Below, one piece after another: positions 40,471 through 48,644 of a DNA stretch of 64,000 bases (positions are counted from its first letter, which is position 1; each line of letters begins with the position of its first letter). A model generated the notes under the pieces. It saw nothing but the letters and a program-made list of their open reading frames with translations, was not told the DNA's origin and made no database searches. Both the position numbers and the translations under genes were made by a program. The DNA is from Blastocatellia bacterium (GTDB taxonomy: Bacteria > Acidobacteriota > Blastocatellia > Pyrinomonadales > Pyrinomonadaceae). The stretch lies in assembly GCA_963748345.1 (NCBI GenBank), contig CAVVIS010000006.1, positions 158,908 through 222,907 of the forward strand, written 5' to 3'.

Positions 40471-41358
40471 TCACCGCAACGGCATTTTGAAACTCGCGGC
40501 GGTGTGACAGCGGCGGCAGTCGTCAAATGCCAAGTCGCCGCCAAAGGAGCGCCGGCCGTTGTGACAACTGAGGCAGGTCTTGCCGCGCGTTGTCGGAAAG
40601 TGTTCGATGGCCGCCGGCGAGCTGACTTGCCGAGACTGCGGCGCGCCGGCGGTCAGCGTGTGGCAATCGTTGCAGCCGAGTCTTTGCGCCGCGCCATGTT
40701 TGGCGTGACTGAACGCGAAGCGAAAAGCGCGCGCGTTGGTACTTGGGCGAGCGTAAGGTTTCTGATCGTGGCAAACTCCGCACGATGCGAGGTCACGACC
40801 TGACTGACTTTTGCTGCTCGGCGTGTGGCAGGTGTAACACTGGTTGTGGGCCGCGATGCTGGTGGGAATCGCGAGCGCCGCCGCGCCTCGACCGCTGCGG
40901 CCGTGGCAGGATGAACAGCCATTGGGCGGTCGCGCCGCGCCGCTCATGTGCTGCGCGTGATCGAATTTGACGTTGAAACTTTCATTGAAGCGCGCGGGAA
41001 AAGATTTCAGCGGTGGGTTGGAGCTGTTGACGTCCGCATGGCAGATGACGCACATCGGCACGTTCGGCGTTATAAACTGCGCGAGATGGCAGCCGGTGCA
41101 AGCCTTGTGTCCCGGAAATCGCGGCGTCGCTGAATTGTCGCTGCGCTGGTGACAGGCCGTGCAGGCAAGCGAGGCATGACGCTGGCTGTTGTGTTTGAAA
41201 GTTGCGTAGTCGAGGTCGGGACCCTGAAGCAACGGCGGCGCGGCGAACAACGCCAACTCTCTGTGCAGCCTTTGTGTGCTCTGTGTCTCTGTAGTGGAAG
41301 CTTTTGAAGTAAGACTCACCACAGAGGCACAGAGGACACAGAGACAGCACAGAGACAT
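40471..41358 (-). CDS. Nonaheme c-type cytochrome built from three c7-type triheme units
   Basis: Nine CxxCH sites fall in three repeats, each preceded by an F.H..H-type motif (FKHNSQRH, FDHAQH, FSHAKH). The only plausible signal peptide ([16 protein letters not shown]) is encoded by repeat D-prime. Confidence 0.8.
   Translation of the reverse strand: MSLCCLCVLCASVVSLTSKASTTETQSTQRLHRELALFAAPPLLQGPDLDYATFKHNSQRHASLACTACHQRSDNSATPRFPGHKACTGCHLAQFITPNVPMCVICHADVNSSNPPLKSFPARFNESFNVKFDHAQHMSGAARPPNGCSSCHGRSGRGAAALAIPTSIAAHNQCYTCHTPSSKSQSGRDLASCGVCHDQKPYARPSTNARAFRFAFSHAKHGAAQRLGCNDCHTLTAGAPQSRQVSSPAAIEHFPTTRGKTCLSCHNGRRSFGGDLAFDDCRRCHTAASFKMPLR
41257..41356. repeat. Family D-prime hairpin element (TG/CA variant of family D)
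   Basis: CTCTCTGTGCAGCCTTTGTGTGCTCTGTGTCTCTGTAGTGG ... CACCACAGAGGCACAGAGGACACAGAGACAGCACAGAGAC. It overlaps the 5' end of the nonaheme cytochrome ORF. Confidence 0.85.
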
Positions 41359-41426
41359 GGGCCAGGCCGTAGAAAGTCGGCCGACCCCAAGCCTAAAACG
41401 CCTCAAGATTTTTGACGCTGCCAGCT

Positions 41427-42617
41427 TCACTTTACGTCCTTGCGCTTCAGTGCCTCTCGACCGGCGATCAAATAGTGACTTGCCGGCGGGTCGCGCCGGC
41501 CCACGTCCGAGGTGTGACAATAGCTGCACGTGAAGTCGCGATTCTTGTCGATCGCTTCCAACTCTCCGCTGACGTCCAAACGCAGTCCATCCTTGTTATG
41601 ACATTCGGTGCACGCCGTGATCGGCACGTCCGGTTTCAGCCCCCGCACCGTCGAGGACTTTGTAATGTTGATATGACAGGTGGTGCACTCGGCGACGTGT
41701 TGTGCGCGGGCGTGGCGAAACTTGAGCGAAATCCTGAGCTCCGGCAAGCCGACGGGAACCGTGGGTGTCGACCTCGGATTCACGGACGTCACCCCGCTAA
41801 CGTTCGTGGTAAGCGCCTGCGACTTGTGACAGCCGCCGCAATTTTCGCCGGTGGGCTGCTCGGATTTCCAGTGGCAGTTAAAGCAGGAAGCATGACTCGT
41901 CGGCACTGCTCTGAAAGCTGCCGCGTCCGGAACAAACGAATCGACCCACCCTGCAATCGGTGCAACTGGCGCAGCGGTTCGCGGACCATGGCAGATTTCG
42001 CAGTTGTTGTACTGCTTCGTTTTGTCATCGGCCACATTGGCGTGCGCGAACGAAGCGCGCTGGAATAGCGAACGCGTTTCCTCTCGCAAGGGAAGTAGCA
42101 GCCGCGCGATCACGTCCTGATGTTTGTCGTGGGGAAACTCGATAAGAAATTCACGCCGACCGGCCGGATTGCGAAACGCGAAACGCGCATCGTCGCGCGG
42201 CGAAACTTTCGCGTGGCAAACAGAGCAAATCGGCGGCTTCGCTCCTTTGAAAAACTGCGGCCGGTGGCAACTGACACAGGCATCATGGCCGGGGTAGTCA
42301 GCAACGTCAGGAAAGTCTCGAACTTTTTTCCAGTTGTCAGTCGGCAGTTTGTGGCAGGTGTTGCAGGCGCCCTGATGTTTTTGGGTGGCGTGGGAAAATC
42401 GCGAATAGTCGATCCTTGCCACTGCTGAACTCGGCCGCGGCGACGGTCGCCGCACGCGTCGCTTTTGTGCCTGTGCCGTGTTGTGAAGATCAAAGATAGC
42501 TAAGCACAGGAAACATGCAGAAAGGGCCACCAATACAAATCGGTGACCGCGATTTGCTGCAAAACCCCCGCTCGCTTGCCGTAGCTTCGTCATCGAGTCG
42601 AGTCTTCTGCCCCGCAT
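41427..42617 (-). CDS. Nonaheme c-type cytochrome built from three c7-type triheme units
   Basis: Nine CxxCH sites (CNTCH, CVSCH, CSVCH, CEICH, CFNCH, CGGCH, CTTCH, CTECH, CSYCH). The unit leaders are FSHATQKH, FPHDKH and FRHARAQH. The signal anchor is FVLVALSACFLCLAIF. The true start may be the second Met at 42593, because 42619 begins repeat A6. Confidence 0.8.
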   Translation of the reverse strand: MRGRRLDSMTKLRQASGGFAANRGHRFVLVALSACFLCLAIFDLHNTAQAQKRRVRRPSPRPSSAVARIDYSRFSHATQKHQGACNTCHKLPTDNWKKVRDFPDVADYPGHDACVSCHRPQFFKGAKPPICSVCHAKVSPRDDARFAFRNPAGRREFLIEFPHDKHQDVIARLLLPLREETRSLFQRASFAHANVADDKTKQYNNCEICHGPRTAAPVAPIAGWVDSFVPDAAAFRAVPTSHASCFNCHWKSEQPTGENCGGCHKSQALTTNVSGVTSVNPRSTPTVPVGLPELRISLKFRHARAQHVAECTTCHINITKSSTVRGLKPDVPITACTECHNKDGLRLDVSGELEAIDKNRDFTCSYCHTSDVGRRDPPASHYLIAGREALKRKDVK

Positions 42618-42618
42618 C

Positions 42619-42754
42619 AGAGCGGGGGCAAGCCCACCTTCCTAACCCTGAGCTGATCAAAGTCGAGTTGTGATCTCACGGAGAAAGCCTTTCAATCTAC
42701 ATGCAAACAAGCAAGGCCGGGAGTCTCAAGGTCAGGAAGGCTTGCCCCCGCTCT
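42619..42754. repeat. Family A element, copy A6
   Basis: AGAGCGGGGGCAAGCCCACCTTCCTAACC ... GGTCAGGAAGGCTTGCCCCCGCTCT. The right arm has a small deletion. The core is close to A2. Confidence 0.85.
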
Positions 42755-42773
42755 TCGTCAAACGGCCGCGCAG

Positions 42774-43604
42774 TTAGCGGTCGTTGCCTCGCATCACATC
42801 GCAGCTCGGCAACGGTGTTTCCACTGCCACACACTTCACGTTCTTGTCCTGTTGATTCGAGATCAGGAAAGGCTTCTCGGTCGCGAGATCGCCGGGTTTT
42901 ACTGCCACGTTGCAGTTCCAGATCGCCGTCACTGCTTCAAATTCTGTCGCTACGAGGTTGGACAACATGTAGGCTCCCGGCTCCAGGTCGGTGAAATACG
43001 CCGTGCCGTAACGGTCCGTCATTACCGACACCACCTTCGCGCCCGATGTCGTTTCCGCCTCTCGGACCAGCATGTCAATTTCGGCACTCTGCTTCTTGTA
43101 AAAACCGTCGCGCGCTTCGGCAGGCAAATAATTCGTTAGCCACTTGCGCGCCAGGTCTCGACTCTTCAGCTCTTTCTCGCCCGCGGCCAGCGCGGCTAAA
43201 AACTCGGGCGGCGCGTCTGGTCCTTCGAGGTCCTTCTCTTCGATCTCGCGACAATAGACTGACTCGCAATCGTTCTGGCGCAGCCAATTCGCAAGCTGCG
43301 GGCTCGCGCCGATGCCGGCGTAGTAGCAGTCGCGTGTGATCAGGGGCTGACGCTGAACCTTTTCGACCAGCGCCTTATTCTGTTCGAGCGATCCTTTGAT
43401 GAGAAAGAACCTTTTGCGAGCGAGTTTCCGGGTGGCGCTTCCGGACTTGAACTGCGCGCGCAGCCGAACGACTCCACGCGGGCCCGAGGTTGAATTGGAA
43501 GTTTGCGCAGCCGAGAAGAAAGCTGAACCGGCGACGATCGACAGCAGCAGGGCAATCACGCGGCTCCGGCGTTTTAGGAAGTTAGTCAAGGTTTGAGTAA
43601 TCAA
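42774..43604 (-). CDS. Hypothetical secreted protein
   Basis: Signal peptide RVIALLLSIVAGSAFFSAAQ. The C-terminal TDRYGTAYFTDLEPGAYML resembles a carboxypeptidase-regulatory-like beta sandwich. Same strand as the cytochrome genes and immediately upstream of them. Confidence 0.55.
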   Translation of the reverse strand: MITQTLTNFLKRRSRVIALLLSIVAGSAFFSAAQTSNSTSGPRGVVRLRAQFKSGSATRKLARKRFFLIKGSLEQNKALVEKVQRQPLITRDCYYAGIGASPQLANWLRQNDCESVYCREIEEKDLEGPDAPPEFLAALAAGEKELKSRDLARKWLTNYLPAEARDGFYKKQSAEIDMLVREAETTSGAKVVSVMTDRYGTAYFTDLEPGAYMLSNLVATEFEAVTAIWNCNVAVKPGDLATEKPFLISNQQDKNVKCVAVETPLPSCDVMRGNDR

Positions 43605-43613
43605 AGTATCGGT

Positions 43614-45778
43614 CTACAAATTCGGGCTGCGCGGAAACTTCAGGAAGGGCAGCCGCACACCGCGCACAAAAACCTGGTCTGAACGAATCGCCGGGGCGGG
43701 CGAGAAACCGTTGCCGCCGCCCGCGCCGATGAGATCGTCCTGGTCCACGCCGTCGCCGCTGATGCCAATCGCGCCAACCAGCACGCCGTTTTTGTAAATC
43801 GGGACGCTGCCGGGAAAAATCTGAATGCCGTTGGGAAGATTGGGAATTGTGCTGCAGGGCACGTTTGCGCCGCCGATCGCCGCCAGCAGGTTTGTCTTGA
43901 TGAGATCCAATTGCAGGCCAACGTTGAAAGGACTCCAATCGACGAGTGACGTGCTGAAGGGACCGGCAGCAGTGTTGTTAATTCCGTCCGGGAAAAATGG
44001 TCGATGCAGAAAGCCGCCCGCGCGATCGGTGAAAGCCACTGAACCGTCCAGCCGGATGCCGTCAGCCGCAGCACGACTAACGTAACTGCCGAACCCGGCA
44101 GTGTTGAGAAGCGTCGCGGCGTTGGAGTTTGAGAGAAAAGCTGCGGTCCTTGCCTTTTGCACTGAAACATCGAACCCAAAAACCGGCGCGTCGAGTTGTC
44201 GAAAAACGCCAAGCACTTTTCCGTCCGCATCGACGACCGCGATCGTTACGCGCGCGTTGCTGCCGAGTGGCTGGCGAATCGCCGCCCGTGTGATGTTTGC
44301 TTGTTGGGCCGCATGCGCAATGATGGTTTGCACGTCGGCGGCGGTTAAAGCGTTTGGTCCAGCCGGAGCCGCGCCCGCGACAAATGGAAAGAATCGCGTG
44401 TCAACTTCGCCTCCAATTCCGCCGACATTCGCGGGAACAAACGCCGAGGTCTGCGCGCTGCGAATTGGAAACGCGACCGGCACCACGCCGGGCAAACTGC
44501 CAAACGGAATCGTTGCGGGAGCGGGCGGACTGGAAACGTTTGCATAGGGCAAGCGAATGCCGTCGACCAGAATGTTGTCGCGCGCGTATCAAGGCCGTCG
44601 GCTCGAAGCCGCGCACGGCAGAGGCCGCAATCAGCTCTTCAAAAGGCTGATCCGAATCTCGTGGATCGCGATCGACGGTGTAGTTGCCGTCGCCTTCGAT
44701 GCCGACGCCGCCGACCGCCATGCCGTCTTTGTAAATCGGCAGGCCACCGGGATCGGCTGACAGGCCGAGGGGCAGCGCGGGCTGCTTGATGTCAGAGCAG
44801 GGAAGAGACGAAAACTGCACGCCGTACAAAGGGCCGCCGGAACGAAACTCGATGCCCGGCGGAAAGTGTTCCTGGATGATGAAGCCGGCCGTGCGCGTCG
44901 TGAATGCGTTGCCTGTGGTGCTGAAAAGTGAACCGGTTCCGGCTTTGGAAATCGCGGCGAAAGTCGCCGGCGCCACAGTTGCCTTCGAGTCCCTGACCGA
45001 GCGTGCCGACGCTGCGGATCGTTGTCGTCGCCGGTGCGCCAGTCATGACAAAAACGCCGAGCACGTTCGCTTCGCGGTCAGTTACCGAGACCGTCACGGC
45101 GCGATTAAGCCCCACCGCCGCCGAAACCGCCTGGCTGATGATCGTCTGTACGTCGCCCGTCGTCAGATTGCCCGCCGTTGCGCCGGGAGCGTTTGGAATA
45201 GCCGAGCCCGGCGTGGGCACCGCGCCCGCGTCGTCCGCGAGTCCGCCGCCGACATGGCCCATCGCCACCCGCACGCGGTTGCTGGCAGCGCCGCGATAAC
45301 TCAAGCCGACCAACACGTCGCCGAGGTCGGTCAGGTCGTTGCTCAGTCGGACGACGACGGCCGTGGCCCAGGGTTGTTCGGGAACGCTGCCGATGTACTC
45401 GACCGGCAACTGATAAACGTGGTGCGCGCCGTCTTCCGCGGTAACCGTGATTGAGCTGACGCTGTCGCCCGCCTGAAGCGTGAGGTTCATTGCGAACAGC
45501 ATGACGCGAGTCTTATTGTCTGCGCCAAATGCGACCGGGACAGTTGGCGCGAAGGGCTCGCGATGTCGCGTGACCGATTCAAACGAAAGTGCCCGCGTGG
45601 AATCGTGGTGGCTGATGAGAATTGGCGCCGCGGATTGGGCCATGGTCCCCGGAAACTGGACGGGCATCGCGCCGACGAAAAGTGTGCCCACGCATAACGC
45701 AAGCAGCATTCGGAAGCGGTGATGTGAACCTTCAACCATCGCGCAGTTTCGCGGAATGAGATTTCGATAGCCGCGCAC
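43614..45778 (-). CDS. Secreted protein with two GlcG/HbpS-like (DUF336) putative heme-binding domains; two frame interruptions; start uncertain
   Basis: Pieces 44792..45778, 44401..44976 and 43614..44552. The signature appears twice: GGLPIYKDGMAVGGVGIEGDG and GSVPIYKNGVLVGAIGISGDGVDQDD. Each copy is preceded by LT..DVQTII..A. Confidence 0.65.
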
Positions 45779-45800
45779 AATGTATCACAAAGGCTCGCTA

Positions 45801-45900
45801 AAGTTTCGAGTTTCAAGTTTCAGGTTTCAAGTTTCCAGTGGTCTCTCGTGCGGCTTATTGTTGTTTTGTCTTTGAACTTGAAGCTTGAAACTCGAAACTT
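45801..45900. repeat. GTTTCAAG-word palindrome in the divergent region between the DUF336-like gene and the outer-membrane barrel gene
   Basis: AAGTTTCGAGTTTCAAGTTTCAGGTTTCAAGTTTCC ... CTTTGAACTTGAAGCTTGAAACTCGAAACTT. Confidence 0.8.
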
Positions 45901-45960
45901 CTTCTTGGCCTCCGTGTCACTCGTATGCTACAAGGCAAACGAGCGTTCCCGGATTCTTTC

Positions 45961-48078
45961 ATGATAAAGACTCTACTTCTGCTTGGCGCTGTCGTGCTGG
46001 CCCATGGACTCGGCTCTGCGGTTTTGGGCCAGGGTTCGGGAAGCATCAAAGGCACCGTGCGCGTAGCTTCAGGAGCGCCAGTCGCCAATGTGGCAGTCAT
46101 CGCCACTAATCAAGTCACAGGAAAATGGAAACGCGCGCGCACGGACGCCGACGGCGTGTATGCGATCAAGTTGACCGCGGGTGCGTACCGGCTGCGAGTC
46201 GCGGCCCCGCACGTCGCCAAGTTTGACAAAGACAAGAACTACGGCGAGTTCACGATCGCCCGAGGCGAAGCGCTCGAGAACGTGATTGTCGAAGCCGGCA
46301 AGGAAACGCTCGTTGACGTTCCGCTCGATCAGGTCGAACTCAAAGAGATACCAAAACAAGCGGGCGACAAACCAACCGGACACGCCGGCAGCGATACGGT
46401 TCCTTCCCAGCCACAAACAGACCCCACGCGACGTGAGACGCGCGATCGCTGGCGCATCGGCTTTCCTGAGTATGAACGCTACGGCGATCGTGGTTCGCGC
46501 GGCCGCGACATTCCTTTCACGCGCGGCCGCTGGTGGGACCCCTACAACCAGAGCGTTTTAAAAGGCGACTACCCCATCAAGGGCAACAAGTTGTTCATGA
46601 TTCTTTCGGCGGTTAGCACCACCACCGTCGAACAGCGCCGCGCGCCGACGCCGTCCGGCGTCAGCAATGACGAACCCGGCAGCGCTGAATTTTTCGGACA
46701 ACCCGAACAGCTCGCCGCCAACCAGACGCTTCAGCTCAGCTTTGAACTTTTCCACGGCGATTCCACTTTCAAACCCCGCGATTGGGCCATCAAGCTTTCG
46801 CCGACGTTCAGCATTCCCAACTACCTGAACGCCCGCGAGCTTGGCGTTGTAAACATCGACGTCCGACGCGGCGCCAACCGCACCGACACGCACGTTTCGT
46901 TTGAGGAAGCGTTTGGCGAAGTGAAGCTGTGGGACGTGAACGCAAACTACGATTTCGTTTCCCTGCGCGCCGGGATTCAGCCTTTCGTCTCTGACTTCCG
47001 CGGTTTCATTTTTTCCGACAACAATCTCGGTTTACGCTTTTTCGGCGCCGCGGACAACAATCGGGTGCAGTTTAATGCCGCTTACTTTTCGATGCTGGAG
47101 AAGGATACGAATAGCGGGCTCAATCGTTTTGACACGCGCCATCAAAACGTTTACGTCGCCAACGTCTTCCGGCAGGATTTCATTCGCAAGGGTTTTACAA
47201 TTCAGGGCAGCCTGCATTACAACGATGACCGCCGCGGGATTGAATATGACCGAAACGGGTTCCTGGTCCGTCCGGCTTTGATTGGCGACGTGCGCGAGCA
47301 TGCGATCAAGGTGGGCTACCTCGGAATCGCCGGCGACGGTCATCTGGGAAAACTCAATCTGAGCCACGCGTACTACTTTGCGTTTGGCCGCGACGATCAC
47401 AATCCGATCGCCGGGCGCAGCGTGAAAGTGAGATCAAACATGGCGGCGGTTGAGGCGTCAGTCGATCACGACTACCTGCGTTTCAAGGGTTCATTCTTCT
47501 GGGCGCAGGGCGACGCCAATCCGACGGACGACCGGGCAACAGGCTTCGACGCGATCTTTGACGATCCGAATTTCGTTGGCGGGCAGTTTTCTTTTTGGAA
47601 TCGCAACGGCATACGGCTGACGCAGACCGGCGTCGGGTTGGTCCAGCCGAACAGCCTTCTGCCGAGTCTGCGCAGCAGCAAGATTCAGGGGCAGGCGAAC
47701 TTCGTCAATCCCGGCATCTTTATTTACAACGCCGGAGTCGATGTCGAGCTGACGCAGCGCATCAAGACGGTTTTCAATATTAACTATCTGCGATTCCATC
47801 GCACGGAGCCGTTGGAGTATGTGCTGTTCCAAAATCGAATTCGCCATGACATCGGTTGGGACTACAGCGTCGGCGTCGCGTATCGACCGTTTCTGATCAA
47901 CAACGTGACGATGACCTTCGGCGCGGCGACGCTGCAGACGGGTCGCGGCTTTCGCGACATCTACACGGACCGCTCGCGCAACTGCCCGCCGAACGTCGGC
48001 GACTTTTGCGAACCGGATGTGATCAATCCACGCAAGCCGCTGTATTCGCTGTTTGCGCAGCTAAAGCTGGTATTTTGA
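45961..48078 (+). CDS. Outer-membrane beta-barrel protein with N-terminal carboxypeptidase-regulatory-like domain
   Basis: Signal peptide MIKTLLLLGAVVLAHGLGSAVLG. The N-terminal domain reads IKGTVRVASGAPVANVAVIA...TDADGVYAIKL. The rest shows long alternating beta-strand-like sequence ending in LFAQLKLVF (terminal aromatic residue). Confidence 0.7.
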   Translation: MIKTLLLLGAVVLAHGLGSAVLGQGSGSIKGTVRVASGAPVANVAVIATNQVTGKWKRARTDADGVYAIKLTAGAYRLRVAAPHVAKFDKDKNYGEFTIARGEALENVIVEAGKETLVDVPLDQVELKEIPKQAGDKPTGHAGSDTVPSQPQTDPTRRETRDRWRIGFPEYERYGDRGSRGRDIPFTRGRWWDPYNQSVLKGDYPIKGNKLFMILSAVSTTTVEQRRAPTPSGVSNDEPGSAEFFGQPEQLAANQTLQLSFELFHGDSTFKPRDWAIKLSPTFSIPNYLNARELGVVNIDVRRGANRTDTHVSFEEAFGEVKLWDVNANYDFVSLRAGIQPFVSDFRGFIFSDNNLGLRFFGAADNNRVQFNAAYFSMLEKDTNSGLNRFDTRHQNVYVANVFRQDFIRKGFTIQGSLHYNDDRRGIEYDRNGFLVRPALIGDVREHAIKVGYLGIAGDGHLGKLNLSHAYYFAFGRDDHNPIAGRSVKVRSNMAAVEASVDHDYLRFKGSFFWAQGDANPTDDRATGFDAIFDDPNFVGGQFSFWNRNGIRLTQTGVGLVQPNSLLPSLRSSKIQGQANFVNPGIFIYNAGVDVELTQRIKTVFNINYLRFHRTEPLEYVLFQNRIRHDIGWDYSVGVAYRPFLINNVTMTFGAATLQTGRGFRDIYTDRSRNCPPNVGDFCEPDVINPRKPLYSLFAQLKLVF

Positions 48079-48132
48079 GTTTCTTCAAGGAGGGACCGCT
48101 TTGTTCACCGCTTGGTTACTAACTTATCTGAT

Positions 48133-48173
48133 CCACCACAGAGGCACAGAGGACACAAAGGTGGCACAGAGAC
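48133..48173. repeat. D-prime-type arm, left inverted repeat flanking the GxxExxY gene
   Basis: CCACCACAGAGGCACAGAGGACACAAAGGTGGCACAGAGAC. Confidence 0.8.
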
Positions 48174-48194
48174 AAACAATGCGGAGGGCAAGAG

Positions 48195-48584
48195 GTGAAT
48201 TCCCAAATAAATCAGTTGTCTCACGAGGTTATCGGCGCGGCGATCGAAGTTCATAGACGACTCGGGCCGGGACTACTGGAATCAGCATACAGAAAGTGTT
48301 TGTGTCGAGAACTATTTGTGAGAGGGATAGGCTTCGAGGATGAGCATCCATTGCCGCTAGAGTACAAAGGAATTCGCCTTGAGTGTGGCTACAGAGTGGA
48401 TATCCTCGTCCGTGGTCTGTTAGTGGTGGAAGTGAAGTCCGTTGAAGCTCTGGCTCCGATTCATGATGCGCAACTACTGACCTATCTTCGAGTCGGCGGG
48501 TGGCGACTGGGATTGTTGATTAATTTCAATGTCGAGGTTCTCAAGAATGGTATCCACAGAAAAATCCTTGGCTATGAAGGCTAG
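48195..48584 (+). CDS. GxxExxY protein (PD-(D/E)XK nuclease-like fold family)
   Basis: 129 aa reading ...[34 protein letters not shown]...[32 protein letters not shown]. This carries the GxxExxY motif (GLLESAY). Confidence 0.8.
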   Translation: MNSQINQLSHEVIGAAIEVHRRLGPGLLESAYRKCLCRELFVRGIGFEDEHPLPLEYKGIRLECGYRVDILVRGLLVVEVKSVEALAPIHDAQLLTYLRVGGWRLGLLINFNVEVLKNGIHRKILGYEG

Positions 48585-48623
48585 CCTCTGTGCGACCTCT
48601 GTGTTCTCTGTGTCTCTGTGGTG
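48585..48623. repeat. D-prime-type arm, right inverted repeat flanking the GxxExxY gene
   Basis: CCTCTGTGCGACCTCTGTGTTCTCTGTGTCTCTGTGGTG. It is the near reverse complement of 48133..48173 and starts 1 nt after the GxxExxY stop. Confidence 0.8.
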
Positions 48624-48644
48624 ATTTTTCGGCTCGTTGAAGTC

